The position numbers were made by a program, and so were the translations under genes. Below, one piece after another: positions 1 to 9,289 of a DNA stretch of 64,000 nucleotides (the stretch's first letter is position 1; each line of letters opens with the position of its first letter). The stretch spans positions 159,507-223,506 of IMG/VR virus record IMGVR_UViG_3300038465_000091; one strand, 5' to 3'. Under the pieces are notes generated by a model, which did no database searches, had not been told where the DNA came from, and saw nothing but the letters and a program-made list of their open reading frames with translations.

Positions 1-1
1 G

Positions 2-1036
2 TTCACAACCGCAAAACAGGCGGCTGATTACGCGATCCATCTTTACACCGATCCAAAGGTTGCTTACGCGAACTATGGTCAGCCGAGCACAGTCAACCGC
101 GTCTCTCTCGCCATCCAGTTGATGGCCGCTAACGGCGTGCAGACCTTCGGCGTCATCCAAGTCCCAGTGGTCCCGGGCACCAATCAGGGAACCTCGCAAG
201 ACTTCATGAACGCAATCCAAACTCTCACCATAGCCCTGCCCGGTTACACTACAAAGGCAAACATCATTTGCCCTCTGAGCACCGATCCTACAGTGCACCA
301 GTTCTTGAGCCGTCAGTTGACGACTCAGGCGAACGTTCGTCAGAAGGGCGAGGCTATCGGCTTCGTCGGCTACGATCAGTTCCAGACACCCGCCACGATG
401 CGTGCAAACGCTCGTGGTTTGGCAAACAAGCGCATGATTGCAATCGGTGCCCCAGTCGCAGGTATCCTCATCACTGACCCGAACACGGGTGTGGCGGTGG
501 AATACGCGGTAAGCGGCGAATTCATGGCAGCCGCCATGATGGGCTTGAACGCAAACCCCTCGAACGACGTGGCTCAGTCTCTCACGTTCCAGAACTTGGT
601 GGGCTTCAGCCGCTTGCTTGTGACCTACGACGACCCGACAATGGACTCGATGGCTGCGGATGGTCTGACCGACCTGTTGAACAACAACGGCGCTCTGCTC
701 ATCCGCCACTACAAGACCACTGACCCATCGAACCCGCTCACCAGCGAGCCGACAGTTACCACGATTACGGATTACGTTTCGCAGATATTCCGTACAGACC
801 TCAACCAATTCATCGGTCGCAAGCTGCTCGACTCGCTTGTTACCGACATTCAGGTGGTCTGCAACGCCCGCCTGTCGTCCTTGGTGAACCAGCAGATCAT
901 CAGCGGTTATCAGAACTTGTCGGTTGTGCAAGACTCGACCGATCCGACACAGGCCGACGTTACCGTCACCTTCAAGCCGATGTTCTGCTTGTTGTATGTA
1001 CAGGTCACATTCATCGTCCAGACGCAATTGAGCTAA
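2..1036 (+). CDS. Contractile tail sheath protein, C-terminal part (5' truncated)
   Basis: Frame is open from the window start. Sheath C-terminal signature: IRHYKTTD...TITDYV...LNQFIGRK...LSSLVNQQIISGY...DPTQADVTVTFKPMF.L.YVQVTF. Tube gene lies 2.2 kb downstream. Confidence 0.85.
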   Translation, partial: FTTAKQAADYAIHLYTDPKVAYANYGQPSTVNRVSLAIQLMAANGVQTFGVIQVPVVPGTNQGTSQDFMNAIQTLTIALPGYTTKANIICPLSTDPTVHQFLSRQLTTQANVRQKGEAIGFVGYDQFQTPATMRANARGLANKRMIAIGAPVAGILITDPNTGVAVEYAVSGEFMAAAMMGLNANPSNDVAQSLTFQNLVGFSRLLVTYDDPTMDSMAADGLTDLLNNNGALLIRHYKTTDPSNPLTSEPTVTTITDYVSQIFRTDLNQFIGRKLLDSLVTDIQVVCNARLSSLVNQQIISGYQNLSVVQDSTDPTQADVTVTFKPMFCLLYVQVTFIVQTQLS

Positions 1037-1052
1037 ACCGAGGGGTTAAGGA

Positions 1053-1487
1053 ATGCTGATAACACCACAGGTAACGCAGGCGAACGGGATCATTAAGTTG
1101 AAGCTTGTTGCCACGTTCGTCGGTGACCTGACTGATGCGAGCGACAAGGCGAATATCGCGGCTTTTGGCGATCCGCAAGTCAACATGGCGGGGTCGTTTC
1201 AAGACCCGCTCAATCCTGCCTTCACGTTTTTGTTTCCCGCCACTGATGTAATAGTGGGAATCACGACGCAGATGAGCACGAAGACGACACGTTTCATGCT
1301 GGCTTTGCCGAATGGACAGAATCCAAACCAGCCCGCCCCGATTCAGGGTGAGTTGGATTGCATCACGACGAACCCGAGTGAGGCGTGCGAGGCGTATTAC
1401 ACGGTCATGTGCCAGCGCATCACACAATCAATGTTGATCCTCCGACAGAAAATGTTGGTGCCACAGCTTCAAAACCAGACGATTTAA
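1053..1487 (+). CDS. Hypothetical virion-module protein (144 aa)
   Basis: ORF with AAGGA RBS directly after the sheath gene; no recognised motif. Confidence 0.7.
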   Translation: MLITPQVTQANGIIKLKLVATFVGDLTDASDKANIAAFGDPQVNMAGSFQDPLNPAFTFLFPATDVIVGITTQMSTKTTRFMLALPNGQNPNQPAPIQGELDCITTNPSEACEAYYTVMCQRITQSMLILRQKMLVPQLQNQTI

Positions 1488-1495
1488 GAGGAACG

Positions 1496-2947
1496 ATGAG
1501 CAAGTTGATGGAGCAACGCAAAGCGGCACGAACAAAGAAGTCAACGGTTCTTTTGTCCATCGATACGGCTAAGGATGCAGTCAATATCGGTAAGTCGCTG
1601 TTGAACGCAACCCAAGCTGAGGGTCAAAATGATCCGCAACTGGAACAAGCTGTAAGGCACTTGGAAGGGCTGTTAGCTAGTCAGCCAGATCAAATGCAGT
1701 CAGAAGGGGCAGTGAACGTCGAAGATTATTTCGACGATACTATTTTGCCTGAAGTAGCACGTCAAGCCAAAAACGAGGTAGATATGATCGCACAAAAACG
1801 CAGGGAAGCACGTCCCGCACAAGGAACTCAGCAACAGCCAGCTTTGGCATCGGATGAGAAATCCGCAGCCACGGGCACCGATGCTTTCGTGACCGACCGC
1901 GACGAATCGGGTAACCCCAAGACCCCCGAAAAGGCCGAAGTTCCCCGTCTCGCAGCCAAGAAGAAAGAAGCACAGCCCGAAGCTGTGCCCCCAGTCCCTC
2001 CCGTCGCAGCCCCAGCCGTTGGTGGGGGTGGTGGTTCGCTCGACGCCCTCTTCGCCAAGCTGCCGTCTGACTTCCTCGCCGATCTGGTGAAGAAGCTGAC
2101 CAGCCTCGAAGGTTTTGAACAGGACAAGGACGTACAGGCAGCCGTTGAGAATTTGGCTGGAAAACTCCAGCAACGTCCTGTTGAAGCGGCTCCCGTTCCC
2201 GGTGCTCCTGCCGCTGCTCCGACCGCCTCCGTAAAGAAGGGCGGCGACTTTGGCGGTAAGCAAGCTCCTCCGTTCGGTAAGAAAGACGATGACAAAAAGG
2301 ACGACAAGAAAGCATCCGTTGCCCGTCTTGGTTTGAATTTTGTCGCAGCCGAAAAGGTTGCCGTAGCCCCTCCGGGTCGCGAAGATCAGGTGAAGGCACT
2401 CAAGAAAGAAGACGTAGATAACCCCTACGCCGTGGCATGGGCCAGCTACAACAAAGGCGACAAGCAGGGCGCTCTTCGGGCCGCTCATGCGGTGATCGCG
2501 AAGTTCGCTGCCGCTGGTTTCTTCACGTGGGATCAGGCAACTGGCGACGTAACTGAGTCTGGCGGACGCACTCCAGAAGTTCAAGAAGCACACAGCAAGA
2601 TTGATGAAGCTCCCGCCCATCTGGAACGTCCTGATACGACGCTCCCGATCAAATTAGCAGGCGAGATGACGGCTCAAAAAGCTGTAAAGGAGGCGGAAAG
2701 GCTAGGCAACGAGCTTAAAAAGACCTACCTTGACGCCAAATCAATCTGTACGGTGAACGATAGCCGTCCAGTACGTGAGTTTGTAGAGAGTATCTTCCGT
2801 GCGGGCGACATGGCTGATGAGGCGGTTAAGACCCTCAACAAGCAAGTCATGCAGGAAGAATCCGAAGAAGCGGCTGCAAAAGTCCGTGAGAAGAGCAATA
2901 AGAAGTCCGCTCTCAACGATTTAACGTTGGCAGCTTCGGCTGAGTAA
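1496..2947 (+). CDS. Putative internal head protein with K-x-A motifs
   Basis: GAGGA RBS then ATG at 1496. Charged/Ala-Pro-rich; contains EKSAA, KKKEAQ, KKAS, EKVAV, DKQG, KKSA and the motifs DAFVTDRDESGNPK and APPGREDQVKALKK..VDNPYAVAW. Confidence 0.65.
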   Translation: MSKLMEQRKAARTKKSTVLLSIDTAKDAVNIGKSLLNATQAEGQNDPQLEQAVRHLEGLLASQPDQMQSEGAVNVEDYFDDTILPEVARQAKNEVDMIAQKRREARPAQGTQQQPALASDEKSAATGTDAFVTDRDESGNPKTPEKAEVPRLAAKKKEAQPEAVPPVPPVAAPAVGGGGGSLDALFAKLPSDFLADLVKKLTSLEGFEQDKDVQAAVENLAGKLQQRPVEAAPVPGAPAAAPTASVKKGGDFGGKQAPPFGKKDDDKKDDKKASVARLGLNFVAAEKVAVAPPGREDQVKALKKEDVDNPYAVAWASYNKGDKQGALRAAHAVIAKFAAAGFFTWDQATGDVTESGGRTPEVQEAHSKIDEAPAHLERPDTTLPIKLAGEMTAQKAVKEAERLGNELKKTYLDAKSICTVNDSRPVREFVESIFRAGDMADEAVKTLNKQVMQEESEEAAAKVREKSNKKSALNDLTLAASAE

Positions 2948-2950
2948 AGA

Positions 2951-3171
2951 TTGCGAGCATCCAGAAATCCCCCAAACCGGGCAACCGCAGAGGGGTCAGT
3001 ACGGGATGAGCGGCAAATTGAATAGCCGCTTGTAAGCACCGAGGTGAATGCTCGGCTCGCAAAGATTCGGGGAACGAAAAACGCCGGGTCATCGTGTGGT
3101 GAATTTCACTGCCTTAGGTCCGTTAAGGTTACGAGCGATGAATTGGAACGAAGGTAGTAACGTTCCCCGAG
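2951..3171 (+). ncRNA. Putative structured ncRNA with two multibranch domains
   Basis: Nested complementary stems: 2951-2958/3055-3062, 2958-2962/3004-3008, CGG-GCAA-CCG (GNRA loop), 3009-3014/3025-3030, 3066-3076/3161-3171, 3089-3094/3136-3141. Confidence 0.55.
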
Positions 3172-3239
3172 TAGTAATTTCAGTTTTCTGGATTTCGCAA
3201 CTGTAGTGTAGAAACCCCTTTTATAGGTGGGAGGCAAAC

Positions 3240-3905
3240 ATGTCCGAAGGTGGATACGTATATCGACAGGGTACATCACCCAACACTGAGACTGTAATCT
3301 CGTCTCGGTTCAAAATCTTTACAGATGCCGTTGATGTCGGCAAGTTCGTAAAGCTGGGCGTAACCTCGTCCTTCACTTACTCAGAATCGAAGACTGTCGA
3401 TGCGGTTCGCGGCCTCGGCTACGGCGATCAGGTTGCGGAACTCGTTCCCGGCGTGACTCAGCCGCTCAGCATTTCGATCACCCGTACTTGTCTGTATCTG
3501 GCGAACCTCATGCAGGTTGTCGGCTACAAGGCAGGCGTGAGCGGTGCAGTCCGCTCTCTCAAGCACCACCGCTGGCCGTTCGACATCAAGCAGGAGATTG
3601 TATTCTCCCAGCTTGCTACCGAAGACCCGAACGTTGGTCAGGCAACTCTGGCTGACATCCCGAATGAAGGTGGTCTGAACAACCTTGGCAACCCCGGGCT
3701 GCTCGCAATCGCGACAGTGTACGAGGGCTGCTGGATGGAGTCTTACAACACGGCGTTCACGGTTGACACCGCCGCCGTCACCGAAGATTGCACCATCACT
3801 GTCACCGACATTTTCGATGTCGCTGGCTCTGTCTACGGCGAGTTCCTTGACGCAGGTCTCAACACTGGGGATGCCACTGGACGTTCACTCCTCTACAGCA
3901 CCTAA
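3240..3905 (+). CDS. Tail tube protein
   Basis: GGGAGG RBS; near the sheath gene; tube-like pattern LGVTSSFTYSESK..AVRGLG..ELVPG..ISITRT.LY..YEGCWMESY. Confidence 0.75.
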   Translation: MSEGGYVYRQGTSPNTETVISSRFKIFTDAVDVGKFVKLGVTSSFTYSESKTVDAVRGLGYGDQVAELVPGVTQPLSISITRTCLYLANLMQVVGYKAGVSGAVRSLKHHRWPFDIKQEIVFSQLATEDPNVGQATLADIPNEGGLNNLGNPGLLAIATVYEGCWMESYNTAFTVDTAAVTEDCTITVTDIFDVAGSVYGEFLDAGLNTGDATGRSLLYST

Positions 3906-3917
3906 CGAAACTAGGCT

Positions 3918-3950
3918 GAGGCGGGTACTGGTTATCCGCCTCTTCCTCTT
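3918..3950 (+). terminator. Probable intrinsic terminator after the tail tube gene
   Basis: GAGGCGGGTA-ctggt-TATCCGCCTC followed by TTCCTCTT. Confidence 0.5.
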
Positions 3951-3961
3951 GAGGACCGTGA

Positions 3962-5653
3962 ATGACGCCTAGAAACCCACTCCTACAAAAAAGAGCACTC
4001 GACGAAACCATGGTCATGTGGAACGACCCTGATTACGCCGAAAATCAACACCACTCCGATCCCAGCTACACCACTCAAAACGGCAAGGATTACGCGGGAC
4101 GCGGCACCACTGAGAATGAAGAGGGTGCGCTTAAAGATGGCATCCCCGCAGGTCTCCTGTCGGTTGAACTCGGCAAAGAAGCCGCAGGCAGTACGGACCC
4201 CGTTGACTTGTTAAGGCGAGCGGCGGATACCCTGCAAGGATATTGCGCCGAGGTCAATGGCGACATGAACGATAGCTTGGCGACGGAGATAGAGGAGTAT
4301 CTCGCCCAACAGTCTCAACCCAAGCAAGCCGATACGGGCAACCCTCACGTCACTACGATGCCAAGTGCGCCAGCCCCAGTCGATCCCGATAACGCAACGT
4401 TCTTTAAGGAAAGTGAACCGAGTTCGCCGTTCACTGACGCTGAAGAAAAAATTAACGCCGCAGCCGCAGGTAGTGGTTTCCACTATGTGGGTCGCGTTAC
4501 AGACGGGACTACACTGTGGTACAGGGGGAAAGACGAACGTTTGTCGTTTGACCCTAAGACTGGAAACGTCACGCACCTGAGGGACGGGAAAGTTGTATCG
4601 GAATGCCCCATTAACCAACTCGGACGTATTAAGTCTGCCGCCGATAGCTTTCATGCGGCCCTGAAGAAGGGACTTAAGCAGGGCGCAATCCGCCCATCTC
4701 CCCACACTGTGTTTGAAAACAAAGTTGACAATGCCACGGGGAAACAGCCCATCGCACCCACGGAACCTTCCGATGATGAGGTGATGAAAGCTCAAAAAAC
4801 CCTCGAAAACGCTGGGGTTGGCGATCAAATTGGTGTCAACGCTTCGAAGACCGTCGAGGTTAAGGAGCTTGGAACCAAGATGAGCGGCTTCACTGGCGGC
4901 GGGCCGTTTAGCTGCATGGATTGCGTGCATCGTACTCCGCACTCTAAGAACGCCAAGGGCGAAGAAGTTGATTCGTGCAAGCATCCCGATGTGATGGCCG
5001 ATCCCGAGCTTGCAGATCGCAAACTCCCTGACGGAACTATCGAAGTTGACGCTGATGATTGCTGCCGTTTTGTAAGGCCGACGAAGAAAGAATCCGAGAA
5101 GGAAGCGGCGGTCACCAAGACCTACGGCACTGGCACACCTCCGGGCGGAACGCCCAATGATCCGAGTATCGACGATGAAGACGCGGACGAAGGGAAGACC
5201 TCTAGCCAAAAGCGAGCGGATGTTGATATTCACGAAACGCCGAAGTTCCTCCCGCCTCGCGATGACATTCGTCGGCACCTCGACAAGGATGTGCAGGATG
5301 AAATCACCGATGAGGTGATGGAAGGCGTGAAAGACGCATCGGAAGAGGGCGAATACTACTTGGATAAAGTTCGTGACATGAAGAACGAGGCCAAGGAAGC
5401 GTTCATGCAGGATGGTTCCATGCAACAAGAGGCTCAGGATGCGGGTATGAGCATGGAAGACCTGTGGAAAGAAATCGGTGGGGAGTTCACCGAGAACTAC
5501 TATATTTCGGCCTACTCCAAGCAGGGGTCGATTGCGGTTGAAGAGGGGTTTAAGTGCCCTAACTGCAAGAGCCTGAAGGGGAAACCAGTCGAAGATGGTT
5601 TGGACGACACGGTAAGCTTGCGAGAGTGTTTAACTTGCGGGAGCTTTTACTAA
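3962..5653 (+). CDS. Mosaic putative internal head protein (K-x-A delimited modules, Zn ribbons)
   Basis: 563 aa with QKRA, GKEAA, PKQAD, FKES, IKSAA, EKEAA, QKRAD, VKDAS, SKQGS separating unrelated segments; CxxC motifs (CMDC; CPNC...CLTC). Confidence 0.6.
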   Translation: MTPRNPLLQKRALDETMVMWNDPDYAENQHHSDPSYTTQNGKDYAGRGTTENEEGALKDGIPAGLLSVELGKEAAGSTDPVDLLRRAADTLQGYCAEVNGDMNDSLATEIEEYLAQQSQPKQADTGNPHVTTMPSAPAPVDPDNATFFKESEPSSPFTDAEEKINAAAAGSGFHYVGRVTDGTTLWYRGKDERLSFDPKTGNVTHLRDGKVVSECPINQLGRIKSAADSFHAALKKGLKQGAIRPSPHTVFENKVDNATGKQPIAPTEPSDDEVMKAQKTLENAGVGDQIGVNASKTVEVKELGTKMSGFTGGGPFSCMDCVHRTPHSKNAKGEEVDSCKHPDVMADPELADRKLPDGTIEVDADDCCRFVRPTKKESEKEAAVTKTYGTGTPPGGTPNDPSIDDEDADEGKTSSQKRADVDIHETPKFLPPRDDIRRHLDKDVQDEITDEVMEGVKDASEEGEYYLDKVRDMKNEAKEAFMQDGSMQQEAQDAGMSMEDLWKEIGGEFTENYYISAYSKQGSIAVEEGFKCPNCKSLKGKPVEDGLDDTVSLRECLTCGSFY

Positions 5654-5681
5654 CTACAGCCCTCTTTAGATAGGGAACCCT

Positions 5682-6584
5682 ATGCCTTTTACGAAGATAG
5701 CTAACGCTGCGTTACAAGAACCAGTCATCGCACCCGAGGACTGGATCAAGCTGCATGGAAAGCACGTGTTCGGGCAGAAGTCCGCCTCGGGCTCCGCAGC
5801 CGCCGCTACCTTCAGGAAGTCCGCTGACACCTCGAAATACCTCTTGTCCCACTGCACCATTATGGCAAGTGTGATGGTCGAGGCCGACCCTTACGATTAC
5901 CTAATCAAGCCAGAATGCAGTCACCTCGTCAACAACAACGATGACGCATGGACGAACGAAGTTCTGAAGCTCAGCCACAGCAGCTTTGTTGGTGCTTTCA
6001 ACTTCGTGGAACATTTCCAGAATTCCAAGTATGCGAAGGGTCACATTCTCGACGCCATTCTTCGCAAGATCAAGTTGAACGGCGATGGCTCTGTGTGGGT
6101 CTATTTCTGCGATATCCTTGTCGCCACGGACCTCGGACACGAGAAGCTGATTGACGACATCCGCAGCGAAAAGGTCAAGTACCTGAGTATGGGCTGCGTG
6201 ACCGACCTCGTAATTTGCAGCTATTGCGGTGCTCGCGTCACCGATCAAAATACCTACTGCAACCATCTGTCGTATCAAAAGGGCATGTTCCTGACCGACG
6301 ACGATGGCATTGCACGTCGTGTCGCCGAGCTTTGTGGGCACAAGACAATGGAAAACGGCGGCGTGAAGTTTGTGGAAGCTTCGTGGGTTGCTACACCAGC
6401 ATTCCCCGGGGCTGCAAAACGTAACACGGTCTCCGAAGAGTGGGAAGGACCCCGCACCAAGTACACCAAATCGTCCACCGCTGGGAAGATGGCAAAAATT
6501 GCCAGTGTGAATGATGAATTCGAAACCCTTAATCTAGGTGATGCGTTAATGAACGCGAATTTGCACGGAAGGTTGACTCGGTAA
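5682..6584 (+). CDS. Prohead (capsid maturation) protease with Zn-binding insert
   Basis: VNNNDDAW...FNFVEH...KGHILDA...YLSMGC...CSYC...CNH...FVEASWVATPAFPGA fits the HK97/herpes-type Ser-His protease pattern; sits directly upstream of scaffold, decoration and capsid genes. Confidence 0.75.
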   Translation: MPFTKIANAALQEPVIAPEDWIKLHGKHVFGQKSASGSAAAATFRKSADTSKYLLSHCTIMASVMVEADPYDYLIKPECSHLVNNNDDAWTNEVLKLSHSSFVGAFNFVEHFQNSKYAKGHILDAILRKIKLNGDGSVWVYFCDILVATDLGHEKLIDDIRSEKVKYLSMGCVTDLVICSYCGARVTDQNTYCNHLSYQKGMFLTDDDGIARRVAELCGHKTMENGGVKFVEASWVATPAFPGAAKRNTVSEEWEGPRTKYTKSSTAGKMAKIASVNDEFETLNLGDALMNANLHGRLTR

Positions 6585-9043
6585 TGGCCGATCAGAAGAC
6601 AACGCACTACAATGGCTACACTCTGAGTTACGCCAGTCAGCATGAGTCAGTGATTATTAAGTTGGACGGCAAGAAAGTTAAAACAGCACCAAACCTAGAA
6701 AAGGCGAAGGCGTGGGTGAATCAAGCGCCGGGAAGCTTTAGTAAGGGCGAGAAAAAGGCTGGTACGCTAATGGCAAAAGAAATAGTTCATTGCACAAAGT
6801 GCGGCAACATGATCGAGTCGCTCAAGCCTGAAAAATGTGAGCATTGTGGTGGCAAAGCAAAAGTTAAGAAGGGCTCTATGAAATCAAAACTAGCAGCAGC
6901 AAAAGCGGCACTTGACCGCAAGCAGGCCGATTTGGACGCTATTGACGACCAGATCATGGGTCTGGACTCTGGTATCCCAATGGATGCCCCATCTACCCCC
7001 GAATTTGACCTCCTCACTGCGAAGCGCGAAGAGCTTGAAGAAGAGATTCGCACGATGCGCGAAGGCGTTCAGTTTATCTCCGAGTGGGAAAAATTGAAGG
7101 GCGGACAGTGGTCGGAAGGTATCAAATCCCAGTTGGACGGCCTCGACTCAGAAATCGCCAATATAGCTGGCAGCGAGGGTGCCGTTGAGTCGGGTATGGA
7201 TATGGGAGCCCCGATGGGCGATCCCCTAGCCGCCCCGCCAGTTCCCGAAGCCCCAGTAGCACCAATGGGAGACGTGGCCCCTGAAGCCGCCCCAGCACCA
7301 GAAGTGGCACCCGATGCCGCCGCACCAGAAACACCCGCACCTGCCTTGGAACCTCCGATGGCGAGCGCAAAATCCGCAGTAAATAAGAAAAATAACTATC
7401 AAACCTCTCAAAAGAGGGGCAATATTGCCTCTCCCCAGATGAAAAAGGAAGGCTCCAACATGGCAAATCCTACAGCTACCAAGCCCTCGAACTTGAAAGA
7501 GAAGCTTGCTGAACTGAAAACGAAGCGCGAGACGATCAAGAGGGAAGCACAGGTTCGCACCGCTGCGGCGTATACAATCGCCAACACGATGCTGCCGGGT
7601 GCCCCCGTCGAAAAGCGTCAGGCATTCGCCTCTTCGCTACTCCAAGGTAACGACACCAAAGCCCTCGTTGCTGCCCTCCGTCAAACCGCGATCAACGCCC
7701 ACTACTCCAAGGTCGCCGAACAATTCAAGGAAGTCCACAAAGTCGAACTCAATGATCTCCTCGAAGACCCGTCCGTTCTGAAGTCCGAGCGTTCGGCTGT
7801 CGAAAAGGAAATCAAGGGTGACGCGAAGTCGGCTACCTCGAAGAAGGCCGATGACCGCAAGGACGCAGGTCCGCAGACCGAGACGTACAACGACGGTCGT
7901 GGTTGCGGCGGCGGGACTCACTCTGAGCCGAAGGAAATGGAAGCCTCGAAAGCTGGCGACCGTCCCGACGCTGGCGAGAAGCCCGGTCAGACCGTGAACC
8001 TCAGCGACGGCAAATCTGCCGCCGCAAAGAAGTCAACATGCAAGGACGGCGAGAAATGCGCGGGTTGCGAGAACTGCAAGTCCGCCGCCAAGAAAGCCGC
8101 CGAGAAGAAATGCGACAAGTGCAAGGGTGAATGTAAGTGCGCTTCCAAGGTCGTTGCCAAGGCAAAGAAGGCCGACGAGCCGCCGATGGACGCCCCCGCA
8201 CCAGATGCAGGCGCACCGCCGATGGAAGACGAAATGGGCGATGCAGGTGCTCCGTTGGATGAAGTTCCTCCGATGGACGGTATGGAAGGTGAAGCTCCAG
8301 TCGATGACGCTGGCGCGATCCTTACCGACGAGAAGAAGATGGTCGTTCAGGAGGAAATCGACACCGTTAAGGATGCCGTTCAAGCTCTTGAGCAGGAACT
8401 TCTTGAAGAGAACGAAGAAGAGATTCCGCTTGCTCTTGAAGAAGGCGAACCCTCCGAAGAAGAGCTTGACCTTTCGTCCGTGTTCGATCAGGGCGAGATG
8501 GAAGACAAAGCCGCTTCGCTTGCCAACGAAGGTGAAGATCACACCGCTGGCGACGACGGCGATGGTAACTTCTTCGCCCCAACATCTGCCGCAGGCATGG
8601 AATCAGTGCTTGACGACAGCGGTATGCAGGTAGCCAGTATCGAGAGCTATTTCGATATGCAGGGCTCCGATGCCGACCCACTGTACAGCTTGATCGCATC
8701 TGAAACCAAGGAAGCAGCATCCGTCGCTGGTTTTGACGTGCTTGAGTCCTTCACTGGTGAAGTGGCGAACAAGATGAAGCAGGACACCACTGGCGAAGCC
8801 CGCGACAACGAAGGCGACCACGACGAAGACCTCTTCGTCGAAGCAATGAAGGACATCAAGCCTGAGGAACAGGGTGCAAAGCGTACCCCGCAGGATGCAC
8901 GTCCCGAGTTGCAGGCTCCGAAGTCCGCAGCCGCAAAGACCGCAGCCAAGGCTCCCACAGGCAGCATCAAGCGTGTCCGCCCTGTCGTAGCCTCACCGAA
9001 AGCCGTTGACATCGCTACCGCGTTGTTCGGCTCCGAAGAGTAA
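6584..9043 (+). CDS. Capsid scaffolding / prohead core protein
   Basis: Coupled to the protease gene (TAATG); very acidic, coiled-coil and low complexity; canonical position between protease and capsid. Confidence 0.65.
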   Translation: MADQKTTHYNGYTLSYASQHESVIIKLDGKKVKTAPNLEKAKAWVNQAPGSFSKGEKKAGTLMAKEIVHCTKCGNMIESLKPEKCEHCGGKAKVKKGSMKSKLAAAKAALDRKQADLDAIDDQIMGLDSGIPMDAPSTPEFDLLTAKREELEEEIRTMREGVQFISEWEKLKGGQWSEGIKSQLDGLDSEIANIAGSEGAVESGMDMGAPMGDPLAAPPVPEAPVAPMGDVAPEAAPAPEVAPDAAAPETPAPALEPPMASAKSAVNKKNNYQTSQKRGNIASPQMKKEGSNMANPTATKPSNLKEKLAELKTKRETIKREAQVRTAAAYTIANTMLPGAPVEKRQAFASSLLQGNDTKALVAALRQTAINAHYSKVAEQFKEVHKVELNDLLEDPSVLKSERSAVEKEIKGDAKSATSKKADDRKDAGPQTETYNDGRGCGGGTHSEPKEMEASKAGDRPDAGEKPGQTVNLSDGKSAAAKKSTCKDGEKCAGCENCKSAAKKAAEKKCDKCKGECKCASKVVAKAKKADEPPMDAPAPDAGAPPMEDEMGDAGAPLDEVPPMDGMEGEAPVDDAGAILTDEKKMVVQEEIDTVKDAVQALEQELLEENEEEIPLALEEGEPSEEELDLSSVFDQGEMEDKAASLANEGEDHTAGDDGDGNFFAPTSAAGMESVLDDSGMQVASIESYFDMQGSDADPLYSLIASETKEAASVAGFDVLESFTGEVANKMKQDTTGEARDNEGDHDEDLFVEAMKDIKPEEQGAKRTPQDARPELQAPKSAAAKTAAKAPTGSIKRVRPVVASPKAVDIATALFGSEE

Positions 9044-9069
9044 TCACGAGCTAAACCGTAACACCCAAC

Positions 9070-9101
9070 AGGGGTCGCCAAAAGCGGCCCCTTCATTTTT
9101 T
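9070..9101 (+). terminator. Intrinsic terminator after the scaffold gene
   Basis: AGGGGTCGC-caaaa-GCGGCCCCT followed by TCATTTTTT. Confidence 0.6.
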
Positions 9102-9254
9102 GGGGGCGTAGATGGTACCCAGATAGCCGAGCAAAACCCATTTCATTTTCTTCTCGTCGTATTCGTCGGATCGGAGTTCCATCTTCGGACAAATCAAACC
9201 TATCGTGTGTGCAACCTTCATCTGCCCGCAATTGGCGCACCGTGGTTCAGTCAT
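9093..9254 (-). CDS. Small Cys/His protein (53 aa), leaderless, absent from the ORF track
   Basis: MTEPRCANCGQMKVAHTIGLICPKMELRSDEYDEKKMKWVLLGYLGTIYAPKK*. ATG lies exactly 6 nt after TATAAT (9266-9261), as at other promoters here. Confidence 0.6.
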   Translation of the reverse strand: MTEPRCANCGQMKVAHTIGLICPKMELRSDEYDEKKMKWVLLGYLGTIYAPKK

Positions 9255-9289
9255 CTTCCCATTATATCACTACTACCCGAATCTTTTAT

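Noticed and set aside
2951-3171. tRNA, tmRNA, c-di-GMP riboswitch or hammerhead ribozyme
   Set aside because: No cloverleaf with T-loop/CCA and no CUGANGA-GAAA core; GGGCAACC only superficially resembles GGCAAAC. Kept as an unknown ncRNA.
4211-5428. Long antisense ORFs (also 1700..2620, 22520..23446, 26906..28135, 48974..49789, 58956..59723)
   Set aside because: Shadow frames of real + strand genes, with no RBS or recognisable motifs.
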